Assembly: GCA_010093605.1 (NCBI GenBank)
Contig: MU004195.1
Coordinates: 1,503,566 to 1,567,565 of the forward strand
DNA from: Lophium mytilinum
Lineage: Eukaryota
DNA: 64,000 nucleotides
Direction: 5' to 3'
The translations under genes and the position numbers were made by a program. The notes below the pieces were generated by a model. It saw only the letters and a list, made by a program, of their open reading frames with translations. It had not been told where the DNA came from and made no database searches. Below, piece after piece: positions 1 to 11,026 of this stretch. Every line of letters begins with the position of its first letter. Position 1 is the stretch's first letter.

Positions 1-85
1 GCCAAGCACCTTGTCCGATGAGGATTTCGCAAACGGCGTCGAGGCCAACGAAGGTGGTTACGACTCGGCCGGGATGCATAGGTGA
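1..85 (+). CDS. Possible 3' end of an upstream gene (PSTLSDEDFANGVEANEGGYDSAGMHR*), partial
   Basis: Frame 2 is open from the window edge to TGA at 83-85 and is followed by AT-richer UTR-like sequence; no recognisable motif. Confidence 0.25.
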   Translation, partial: PSTLSDEDFANGVEANEGGYDSAGMHR

Positions 86-1597
86 GAGATACGGTATGTA
101 GTAGAGTATTCGCGATAGAATAAAGTAGTTGATGAGGGAATACACAGGCCTGTGGATTTTAAGTCAGTAATGGCATGTCATGGAGCTAGTTGCTACACTT
201 ACGGTCCAGACATGATTAAGACAATGCTCGCAATCATGACACCAAGACTTTCTGTATTGTATGCACCGTATTCGCGAGTAATAAAGCCTGACATCATCAA
301 GAGCGCTGCCCATGGCAGAAGAATAGTTGTTCTCCATGACTTATAGCGACTATGGAACACCGTTAATAAATCAGGCCTTGAGTAGTGCCGGAAACTCACA
401 TAGTTTGCCAAACATGGATGACTCCAGAGATGAAAAAGAGGACTATGAACACAATCGGAGCGACTTTGTTGGGCGCATAGTACCAAGTGCTACCAGGCGC
501 TATTGACAGTTAGTAAGAGTGCCTTGGGCCATGAAGAAGGTCCTACAATAGTCTCCTAATCCCATAGCGATTGGTCTCAGCAAGTTAGGTATTAGTGAGA
601 TGAGATGTTGTTTGCTTGGTTTCAGTTCGTGGATTGAAGACTGTTATGTAGGAAATGGAAGAAAGAAAATAAGCGGGTTCAATCGACGAGTTGGGGTATC
701 TCGCGTTCCAAGCTTGATATACGGCTGCTGGGAAGTCTGCTGGATTAATATACTGTCGTAGATTGGCTAGAACGTGTGCGCGTACCAAGATATGAGGCTG
801 TGTCTGAAGCTCGCTGCGTGTAGAACGCCATTTCTCAATGATAGCCCTATCACAATGCGTCTCTATCTATTAGGTCCACTGCGGGTCTACCATTGACTTC
901 TTGCTAAGTAAACGGCTACGTTGCAACAGGCAGTGCTGGGGTGTTCGTTTCGCGCAATGAACCCGTATAGAAGCATGAAAGCGAGGAATACGAAGATCTT
1001 GGCATGGAGCAGGCGACACCGTTTGGCGAGAACAAGGCACAACTTGCCTGCCTTATGCACAAGGCATTGCGTAAGGCTCAATCTATCAGGCATGCGACAC
1101 GAGAATACGAGAAGACGGAATATGTGGCTGATGTTTCTAGCGCATGACTAGGGATGAACTGCCACAGATCACCCGCAAAGCAATGCAAGTGGGTGTACAC
1201 TAAAGTATGATTGAAATGACTAGGTGGCAAGCAAGATCGGAGGCTGCTTCGTCTTCGAGCATGGCCACGAGGCTTTGAAAGGGAGAAGACGAAGATCAGA
1301 GAAAGCGGTCGTAAAGATCCTCCATTGGAGCTGATTACTTTGTCAACGCTATCCCGGTGGTTAGAAGATGGTATGGACTAGTCCAACAATGGCCACGCGC
1401 ATGTCTTGGCGCAAGATCTCACGGAGACGACCTCCACTCCCCTTCAACCTTTTATCTCAGCATTCGATTGTCCGAAACGCCACAATTTCACCCAAGGCAT
1501 ACTCGACCTTGTGGAGCGCCTCTTGATGTCTGCTGCGGTTAGCCATGCGACTCTACCTCACTTTTTTGCATAAATCCGAGTTATAACCGCTGATGTG

Positions 1598-4500
1598 ATG
1601 GAGAGCTCTAAAGTCACGGGTAATAACCCTGCTCCGGGGTTCGAAGCAATAATGTTAACACTTCTCAGTCGAATATCACGACCCATCAGGAGTATTTCCC
1701 TTGCTGTCATCGCAGCTAACATCCCGCCTGCCGCTTCGCAATCTTCACTGGAAATCTCCGTCGCGTCCACTACGGTCCATTGATTCTCTACATGTGGATC
1801 TCGTGCCTAGCAGCGAGTCTGCCGATGCATCCGCCAACTTGTCGCAGCCAGGCCAAGCCATTGATGGGGATGTTCATCGGCCCAACTCTGAGCATGGACC
1901 ACCCGGTGCTGTAAAATCGCAAACCAGCTCGGAACTTTTGAGAGGCCCAGCGAAGGAGAGGCGTCACCAGATTCCTGGCCTTCGTCGGACCCCGTATCTG
2001 AAAGTGTATCTTTTAAGATGTGACGATTCCGAAACGTACAAAGCTTCCTCTAGAAAGCTGCTCCGGGAGTGGGTGCGAATCCATACACCGCCTTCGCAAA
2101 GTAGCTCCTCGGCGAGTGCTCCAGAAAACCATGACGCATTTGAGTGGCTCATCCTGCATGTTGTTGTTCCCGATACACCGGCCGCAAGTCAGCCTCGTGG
2201 GAGTGGGGCTGCGGGCTCTAATTCAGGGACCACTGAGAAGTCAGGCAGTACCTCGCGATGGACACGTGGATCTACCACAATCTTTGAGAAGATACGAGCT
2301 GACTTCAACCACGCCTCCAAATCTGCGCCAGATCGTGTCGCCCAGGTGCGACTTCAGAAAGATGTCGTTCCGCCTCACATGCTGCCATCTGGCTCTGCAG
2401 TAGTGAGCTCACCATACAGCGAGAGCCCCCAAGAACAGAACAACGCTTGGAATGACGTGATAGCTAAATTCAAGACACTTATCCTACTGTCATTCAATCT
2501 GCGGGTCGGGCAGTATGAGGAGGATATTCGAGACAAAGAATCTCAGCGGTCACTTCCCGGATGGAACTTCTGTACTTTCTTCATCCTCAAAGAAGGCTTG
2601 GCAAGAGGATTTGAAAGTGTGGGTCTTGTCGAAGATGCTCTCATGGGATATGACGAGCTCTCCTTCGGGCTTGACTCCATCATTCGAGACCAGGCTAACG
2701 ATAGCAATCAAGATCAAGGCGGTGCATTTTTTCAATACACCAAAGATCTTCAGAAACAAGCTGCGCTCCTTCAAAAGCACTCAGAGAACTCAGAAGAGAA
2801 TGGCGAGAGCTTATTGCTGCCCGATGTGTTTGGGGAAAAGCCTTTAAATGCGGTTAAGAAGAACTATCGAGAGTCAATATTGTCTAGTAACATCTCTGTA
2901 TTCGACTTTCGGTGTTACATCTTCTCTCGACAGCTGTCGCTATTACTGAGGCTAGGGAATGCATATTCCGCTAGGACGGAACTAGCAGCAAAGCTAGCGC
3001 GACCGTCTGCCTCTGTCGCCCAGCGTTCCGTAGATGATTTGAGCATTGGAACCAAATCAAGCACAGTCTCTGAAACCTCGGAAGACCTGCTGTCCCTTTC
3101 GGAGCTCTGCCTGCGTAGTCTGAGTTTCGTGACATCCGTTGCTCGAGTCCTGAGGGACGATCTTAACACTGGGTATGTGACCCTGCTCATCATTATACTC
3201 GTTATCTAATTATCTCATAGGAGTACCATTTCGTCGAAGAAAATCCCGAGACGCCTTGTTGATAACTTAGTCTCTTCTTGGACATTCGCCGTAGCACAGC
3301 AGATACTAGATGAAACTGCCACATCTTCCTTGCCTGTGTCGAAGTTTCGGGGCGACGCTACATCAGGTTCCTCCGGGAAGATGTTATCTTATGGGGGCCG
3401 CGCCGAGGAATTGAAGGCGAATGTCCCGGAGCCGAAAACGATGATTCATCCGAGCAGATCTTCCTCTCTATCTCACCGGAGGACTTCCAATGCAGACCCT
3501 CCCTATGCTCATATTCCACCCTCCGGGCAAGTTGTGTTCGACCACGGCCGTTTTGAAGAACGACCTCCTCCGATAAGTCAACCAACTGTCGTGCCGATGA
3601 AGTCGGGCATCCACGATCTTGCGGGGAATAGAGCGAGACTATACATTGTCCAACGCCGCATTCTTGAACACATTGGTCAAAATTGCGGCTGGGCTGTTGG
3701 CTGGGCAGCATTTGCAGCTACAAAACACTCCCAGAAAGATGACTTCCGTGATATTGATCTAGATGAGACAAATGACGAGGAAGTCAAGCAATTGCGACAG
3801 GGAGGAGGTGCTGACGAGATCTCGTCGCCTACGCTCGGTCTATGCGTGGTTACTCTTAGGGACGCTCTATCCTCGCTTGGAGATTTTAGAGGGTTCTACG
3901 AGGTATGATCTCAATCAATCGCTATATACATGGTAAAACTAATGCTTCATGCAGAGGCTAAGTGATCTTGCCGTCAAACATTACATGACCGCCGGTCAAT
4001 CCAATTCCGCCGAAAGCATTCTCGGAGATCTTGCGGCGCTCAAGTAGTAAGTCACGCAGCTTTCCTAGACTCGTCTCAGACTAACATGAACTAGCGAGCT
4101 TGGTGATTATGCTGCTGCGGCGATGTATTTCAGTCGTATGGCCCCTCAATTTGCGGAGACTCGATGGAATTTTGTCGAAACTACTATGCTTAAGATGTAT
4201 GCGCAGTGTCTTAAAAAGCTCAACCGAAAGGACGAATATACGCGGACACTTCTCGATCTTCTAGCTAAGTCAGCAGCTAAGAAGATGTCGATCCGAATAT
4301 CCAGAAAATCGTTCCAGTCAATAGGAATACCAGATGAGAACGCCCAGAGTACTTTTAGCTGGCTCGACGATGACAAGGCCGACACCACGGGATTGTTCAA
4401 TGAGCTCTTAACATATTCCGAACAACTCCCGTATGATATCACGGTCCCTATGTCTAAGTACTTTGGGGACATTGCGGTCGAACCTTATGTCCGCCATTAC

Positions 4501-6548
4501 GATGACAGAGATGGCTTCCAGCTCCGCTTACAAGTTCGCCATATTCTTGAGGATGACATCTTGATCGAGAGAGCAAGGATACACCTTATCCATGTAACTC
4601 CAGGACAGGGTAAAGAAATGTGGCTAGACCTTGAAGATACAATGCTCATCAGAAAAGGGCTTTTCAAAGTCTGGCTTGATTCAAATGTAAGTCAAAGTCT
4701 GCTCAAAGTGTCACACTATACTAATGCGTGACAGATCAATACTACCGGCTCTTTCATTGTAGATAAAATCGTCATTCAAGCAAAGAAGATTGTTTTCTTG
4801 CATGAACCCATCGCTAAACCGGATACTACTACTCCACTAGGAATTTCCACGCCTTCAATCACAGCGCTGAAGATACCAAAAAAATCACGTATACTCTGTT
4901 TCCCCCGCATGGAGTCGTTCCAGGCTAAGGTCGCTTTGTCTCATTTCATACATATTGACCGAGCTAGATCGATAGAGATTCGATGTTCTAGTGGTTGGAA
5001 CGAGATCAAAAGCGCTGAGTTCCGACTACGAAGTGCGTCCGCAGGCCTGAGGCTCCGTACTGCAAATGCCGAAGTCGTCTCAGGAAATGTTGTCCTGAGC
5101 GATACATCCAAGCCAGGGGTCATCTCTATTGAAGACATGCCGAAGAACTCAAGCGCGACGCTCCGGATTCCTTACGAGCTTGAGAACATCCTGCCGGAGC
5201 TCTCTATCAGACTTGAGATTGATTACGTCACGGAACAGGGCCAGTTCGTGATGGTTGATTCCTCAGTGATCCCGATTGAGTTGCCTCTTGACGTCAACGT
5301 CCACGACCATTTCAAAGGAGACGCATTGTTTTCACGATTCAATATCAAGACAGCCGGCAGCACGCCGTTGGAGGTCCTCAATGTGAAGCTGGATGGCTCC
5401 GAAGTTTTCGACGTTCAGGCGCCGCGGAAAATTACGACACCTTTGTTCGTATACCCCAAGCAGCCGGTATCTGTCACGTACAAAATAACCACGAAAGGCT
5501 CCTCCGGGGCAACCTCCGTCCGTAACAACCGGGGGAAGCTGGAAGGCCCAACCCTAGGGTTGACAGTAGATTACCGTTGCCTGGATGAGGCTGTCCTCAC
5601 TCGAGCAGAAGACATATTTGCCGCCGCTGTAGAAGGAGGCCCACTTCGTCGCCTTGGCCGATTACTCGTGCCCGCATTCGTCGATCGTTTGGAGCACAAA
5701 ATCCTGCTAGGACAGTTTGAGAAGACAGCACTGCTCGGTGTGATCAGCCTGGGTTCATTCGAGGATCTGGCATGGTCGGACTATATCGAAAGCTTACCAA
5801 CAGTTATCCGTGACGACACGAGAAACTGGCTGAAGAATTGGCACGATGTAAGTATACACATACTCTTCGTTGACACCCTGCTAACTCAACTATTTTCCAG
5901 ACCTATCCATCCATCACTCTTGGCCCGAGCCCCGACTCGACCCACCAGCCCCTCACCTCGCGAACCATCGTGATAACCGTCGCCATTCCCCAAACACATG
6001 TCGTGCATACTGCCTCCCTCCGGCTTATTCATCAGGATCAAAACCTATCCCACACCACCATCATTTCAGGAGTTGGCAAGCCGCTCATGGCTGAGCTCCG
6101 CATCAAGCACACGCGCCGGTGGGCTGGGAGTCCAGATTCTCTCAAATCTGCTGCCCGTATCTCCGATATAAATGACCCTATCGACTTTGTTTACGACCTG
6201 GAAGCCAACCCGGATGTGTGGCTTGTGGCAGGGCAGCGCCGCGCGCATTTCTCCGCGCGAGAGGGGGAGGTGAGCACATTTCCGGTGATGCTACTGCCGT
6301 TGAGAGCGGGCAATCTGCTACTTCCGGGCGTGGATATTAGGGTGAAGCAAGGAAAAGACGGGAAGGAGGGAAAGGTAGATGGGGTGGGAGGGGAGGAGAA
6401 CTTAACTTCTGAGACAGATTTTCTGAGCCACGGGGAGACTGTGCTAGTGATCCCGGACCTGCAGAGCACGACGGTGGGATTGCACAGGTTGGGGCCCGGG
6501 GCAGGGAGTGTATTGTTGGAGTCAGAGGGTAGAGCAGGGGAGATATAG
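1598..6548 (+). CDS. TRS130: TRAPP II complex subunit Trs130 / TRAPPC10 (TMEM1 family), multi-exon
   Basis: ATG 1598; intron 1620-1668 joins MESSKVT to VEYHDPSGVFPL...LPLRNLHWKSP; family motif LPGWNFCTFFILKEGLARGFESVGLVEDAL; further ~50-nt GT-AG introns near 3172, 3903, 4046, 4687 and 5848; C-terminal WLVAGQRRAHF...LLPLRAGNLLLP; TAG 6546-6548. Confidence 0.93.
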
Positions 6549-7259
6549 TATTGAGTTGAGGGTAGGTAAGGTAAGTCCGACATCAAGTAGAGTAATTGTT
6601 GTAAAAACAGAACGACATTGACGTAGAGTCGCAAAACGTGGAGGGACTACAGGATCGCCATCGCCTATTTGACTCTCCTTTTTGTCTTATCTTGGTTTGA
6701 GCAGAAACCTATCCCGGCATTCCCTCCCATTCTCTCCTCTACGTTACGCTCCTTTACTATACTAAAACATTGATCTAGAATACCGTGGACCCTTGAGAAA
6801 TAAGTGTCATGTAGATTGTGGGCCATAACATCTCTGCATCGAACACTGATAAACTCCGAGAGTCCTCCAAAGCCCTGCGAAACCTCGCAGAGGAAACGGG
6901 ATTTTCAGAAACTCCAAACATATTATGTTGTTACTAGACTTATTCTATTAGCTGATCACGACATTCACTTGGTACATTCTTTGATACGGTGTCACGATCT
7001 GCTCAAGCATGATGGGAGATTTTATCAAATTTTGGGTAAGAGTCACGGAGCTTGTCCGCTGTATTGGTATGGAGTGCTAACGCTAGTGTTCTTAGAACTG
7101 GCGGTTTATCGCCTTCTAGCGCATTCAAGCGTTCTACTCATGATCATCGTCCATCATCGTACACTTTTCACATCGGGCCAATCTTTATCATCGATCTAGT
7201 GGGCAACCTTCTCGACCTTGGAAAGAGCTTCGAGCAAGATCAGTCATCTCCCAGTCGAA

Positions 7260-8360
7260 TTAGTTGCCGCGCAGGTGGTTCTTCGCCTCACGTTCTCGGA
7301 AGAACTGCGACTTGCATCGATCCGTTTGGTGTCCGAAAGCCTTGTAGTAGTCCCCGGCGGCGATGCATTTGTCGCATTTGACCTGCTCCTTGCAATTTAC
7401 CATGAGATGTCCATCTTGACTGCAACGGGTGCAGTAAATGTGGACTCCGACGTCCCAATCAACTTGCGGGTTGGACAAGGCCGCAGCCTTTACGTCCACC
7501 GTCAGCTTCGCCATTGCCATCTCGTTCTCGTACTGAGAGGCCACTTCCCGACCATTGTGCTTGGCCATTAGCAAAGCGCATATCATCGTAAACGCAATGT
7601 CATTTCCGCAATTGTGAAGTTCGGAGGGAGAGATGCCCAACTCATTGCATAGAGTTGCAAGCCCAATCACCTGTCGTCGGCGGGGACCGATACCAACGTT
7701 CTTGGCCATGATTTGAGTGTCGACCTTCTTCACAATCGTCCCGAACTGGTCCAGATCTAGACCCATCTTCTCCTTCAACTTGCGGATGTCGTTATGGAGA
7801 GCATGGCCAAGAAAGACGATCGGCCGCGGTCGAGGATCCTGGATGTCCTCGGCAGGCCAGTTGAAGCAGTCCGTCAAGATAGCTTTAGCTTGCTCCATCG
7901 TCACCCACACGGTGGTCCCCCACTGGAACTTCTCCGGGTTGCCCTTGGAGAACTGAAGATGCCCTGCCTCCTTGATTCGCAGGTGGTAGTACCAAACCTG
8001 CTTCATCCAATTCTCTCCATTCGTTCCGGGCTCCACGTTCTTGATGTCTCGGGAGTCGAGCACAGCGATACCTATCTCCGTCAGCTCCCCGCGCTCCCTG
8101 TCATGCCATTCTAGATCTATAGCATTGATCATGATGTCCGCGTCTTCGGTCAATGCATGCCGGAGAGCCTGCGTGTGGGAGAAGTTCAGCATGAGACGGC
8201 CCAGGGATGGGAACTTGCAGTTTGGCATCAACGAAGCTAAACCTGCTGACCACCCAGCTTCGGTACCCCAAGTGGCGACAGGGGGTGCTGCTTGTGCCCA
8301 CGATTGGACTTGGCTTTGCTGGGGAAGGCCGCTATTCGCAACCGAGGCCCAGGTGGGCAT
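7260..8360 (-). CDS. QIP (QDE-2-interacting protein)/Gfd2-YDR514C-family DEDDh 3'-5' exonuclease with C-terminal CCHC zinc knuckle, copy 1, intronless (366 aa)
   Basis: Motifs NAIDLEW..LTEIGIAVLDSRD, VFLGHALHND, KVDTQ, LHNCGNDIAFT, then CTRCSQDGHLMVNC; ATG at 8360 (MPTWAS) lies downstream of a TATAG-type element and a CA-rich leader. Confidence 0.82.
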   Translation of the reverse strand: MPTWASVANSGLPQQSQVQSWAQAAPPVATWGTEAGWSAGLASLMPNCKFPSLGRLMLNFSHTQALRHALTEDADIMINAIDLEWHDRERGELTEIGIAVLDSRDIKNVEPGTNGENWMKQVWYYHLRIKEAGHLQFSKGNPEKFQWGTTVWVTMEQAKAILTDCFNWPAEDIQDPRPRPIVFLGHALHNDIRKLKEKMGLDLDQFGTIVKKVDTQIMAKNVGIGPRRRQVIGLATLCNELGISPSELHNCGNDIAFTMICALLMAKHNGREVASQYENEMAMAKLTVDVKAAALSNPQVDWDVGVHIYCTRCSQDGHLMVNCKEQVKCDKCIAAGDYYKAFGHQTDRCKSQFFREREAKNHLRGN

Positions 8361-9097
8361 GATCGCAACTGGGCTGTAAGAATTGTTTAGGGTGTTGGGG
8401 TTTGGAATTGAAGAAATTGTAGAGTAAGGGGTGTGGTGGGGCTGGTGGTGGTGAGTCTGTGAGTGTTCTGGGAAACGATGATCTATAAAAGGAGGGCTGA
8501 AGCTGTTTATATGTGCCAGGGAAGCCTCATAGTGAATGTACGATCCGTGGAAGTGCAAGCATTGTAAGTATAGAAACACGCAGTCATAGACATTCACATC
8601 TTACATGCTATGCGCCCGTATGGTAGGCGGCAACGCTGAATACTGCACAACGCTTATAGTGCGAGCTATGAGAGGGACAGACCATATTACAGTACATGTC
8701 GGAGTCTTATATATTGTGCGAAAAGTGTGATTGCCCAGAATCGGTAGTTATACATACAATGTTGTTTGCGGTGAGGACAATGGCTAAATCAATGCACAGT
8801 AACAAGCAAGATTGTGGATTATGCTAGAAAGGGCAAGATTGCAACACTAATATTTAGTTCCAATTTTCTTCACACACATCACGGCGAGGTCATCTTTGTA
8901 TGCAACTTAAGTAGAACAGGTTCGTTTCATTCAAGAATCATCTAATTGATAAAGACAGAAGCGTTGCTTCAATGCCTTTAGAAGCCCAACGCCCTCGCAA
9001 GCCTAACGCCAGGAGTCGTATCCATGCCTCCGACTTTAGGAAATCCAAATCTAACAAGGCCATCATCGGGTGTGCATTGGAGCCACTGCAAAGTCTC

Positions 9098-10216
9098 TTA
9101 GTCCGCCAGCTTGATCGTGCGATTACGGAAGAATTCCGACTTGCAGCGCTCGGTGTCACGGCTGAAGACCTTCGATTTCCGCTCGCTAGCAGCCTCGCAC
9201 TTCTTGCAATGTAGCCGAGCCCGGCAGCTTTTCTTGAGATGGCCATCTCGACCACAACGAGTGCATAACATGATTACGCCCCAGCTTGGTGGACCGCGTG
9301 CGCGCCCTGCTGCCTTGACTTCCTCGGCGCTCTTCTCAATCTCCTGGCGCCAGGCCGGGGTACGGAGGATCTTGTCTTCTTGTACCATCAGCAACGCACA
9401 AAACATCGTGCATGCGATGTCATTGCCAGCGTTGTGAAGCCCCGTCGGGCTGATTCCGTGTTCGCGGCAGAGATCGTGTAGTCCGATGACTCGGCGGCCT
9501 CGCGGTCCAATATCCTTTAACTTTGCCATCACCTGGGTGTCAACAGTCTTGACAATAGTTCCTAGGGTGTCCAAGTCGAGGTCCAATGCCTTCTTGAGCT
9601 CAGCAGTATCGTTCCTCAGGGCGTGGCCGAGGAAGAGAATTGGACGAAGCTTCACGTTCTTTCCGTGGTTTAGATCAGTGCTCTCGGTATCCTCGACCAG
9701 CCAGGAGAAGCATTGAGTCAAGGCCTCTTTAGCTTCAGCCTTGCTGAGCCACACCGTGTTGCCCCAATCGAACCCCTCTGAGTCTGCAAGGGGATTGTCG
9801 AGATGTCCATGGTCCTTGATCCTGAAGTGGTAGAAATATACCTTGCGCATCCAATTCTCCGCATTCCGGCCTGGTTCTACGCCTCGAACGTCACGTGTAT
9901 CTAGTACAGCAAGTCCGATTTCGATCATGTCATGCGGCTCCTTCGTATACCAATCTACATCGATAGCGTTGACGATTAGGTCGGCCGATTTAGATCGGAT
10001 GGCGTGTCCGAAGGCTTCTACCTGGCTGTTCATATTCGCCATTAGGCGGTATAGCGCCGGAAACTTGCAATTCGGATCCACCGGTATCACATCGCCCCAT
10101 GGCGAAGGCGTGAGGTTGTCTATGGCCTCCGTGGCCCAGAACGATTCTGTAGGTTGGTGGGGCTGTGGACGAGTGGGAGCACGTCGCTTCTTGGGAACCA
10201 CTCGCCAATCCGACAT
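9098..10216 (-). CDS. QIP/Gfd2-family DEDDh exonuclease with zinc knuckle, copy 2 (tandem paralog), intronless (372 aa)
   Basis: NAIDVDW..MIEIGLAVLDTRD, LFLGHALRND, VDTQ, LHNAGNDIACT, CTRCGRDGHLKKSC; aligns by eye with 7260-8360 from PNCKFP to RCKSxFFR. Confidence 0.82.
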   Translation of the reverse strand: MSDWRVVPKKRRAPTRPQPHQPTESFWATEAIDNLTPSPWGDVIPVDPNCKFPALYRLMANMNSQVEAFGHAIRSKSADLIVNAIDVDWYTKEPHDMIEIGLAVLDTRDVRGVEPGRNAENWMRKVYFYHFRIKDHGHLDNPLADSEGFDWGNTVWLSKAEAKEALTQCFSWLVEDTESTDLNHGKNVKLRPILFLGHALRNDTAELKKALDLDLDTLGTIVKTVDTQVMAKLKDIGPRGRRVIGLHDLCREHGISPTGLHNAGNDIACTMFCALLMVQEDKILRTPAWRQEIEKSAEEVKAAGRARGPPSWGVIMLCTRCGRDGHLKKSCRARLHCKKCEAASERKSKVFSRDTERCKSEFFRNRTIKLAD

Positions 10217-11026
10217 GTTGTGGATTTTGGTAGTTGATTTTTTGTTCGGAATTTGGGAAGCGGAAATTTTGAGGTGTTGTGGTGGTGGTCCTAGAGCGTC
10301 TCAAAGGTGTGGTGAGTTATATATTGCAGTGTTCGAGCTGATTAATATATCCACAGGATCGACTCTCGAAGTAAATCTACAATATAGACGGAGTGTGAAT
10401 GGTATGTAAGGCATTGTAAGCGTTCATTCTGATATCCAACGTTTCCCTGTGAATGTTAGACTAATAGGTCGCCGAGTAGGTCGTTGTTGGACGCCGTCCG
10501 GTTCTCTTATGTACATGTACCTATATCCGCTAGCAAACTAGGTAAGACCAAGATACGTGCTCTAACAAAGCGAGAAACAAGACAATGCTATAGTATACGA
10601 GCTCAAATTCTAGAACAAACTTTCGAGATGCTTTGCCGTTATGTCCATTGATGTCACATTATGAGGACTAGCTAAATAAGTTTCTCAAAGGCTTCAGATG
10701 TAGCTGAAACCATGGTTTATTCATAACATCACTACAGTTCTCGGCGAAAGGATTGCATAGAACCTTTTGAGGGACATAGCTTCCAGTTTCCCGCTTGTTT
10801 GGATTGCGGCTAAAAAGCGCCTTCTTGCTATGTCGATAACTATAAGCAAAGCCATCTCGTTTGTCGTATAAATGAGATGCTGAAGGAAACCGTGAGTACA
10901 CGTGAATCCGCAAAAATGACCCAACCCATGCTATGCATCAAAAGCCACGGCGCTCGAAATCAAATCACCCCATACCATGTTACCACGCCAGTCGTCTAGC
11001 ACTGTCATGTTCGGTCCCCTTGCGAG

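Noticed and set aside
152..1542. Short ORFs upstream of TRS130
   Set aside because: No motifs and no coherent exon chain could be built on either strand
7380..7445. CCHC zinc knuckle suggesting a retrotransposon gag
   Set aside because: It is fused to a DEDDh exonuclease; no protease, RT, integrase or LTRs are nearby
8361..8597. N-terminal extension of the 445-aa ORF for QIP-like copy 1
   Set aside because: It starts at GTG, runs through TATA-like and CA-rich leader sequence and has no counterpart in copy 2; ATG 8360 is preferred
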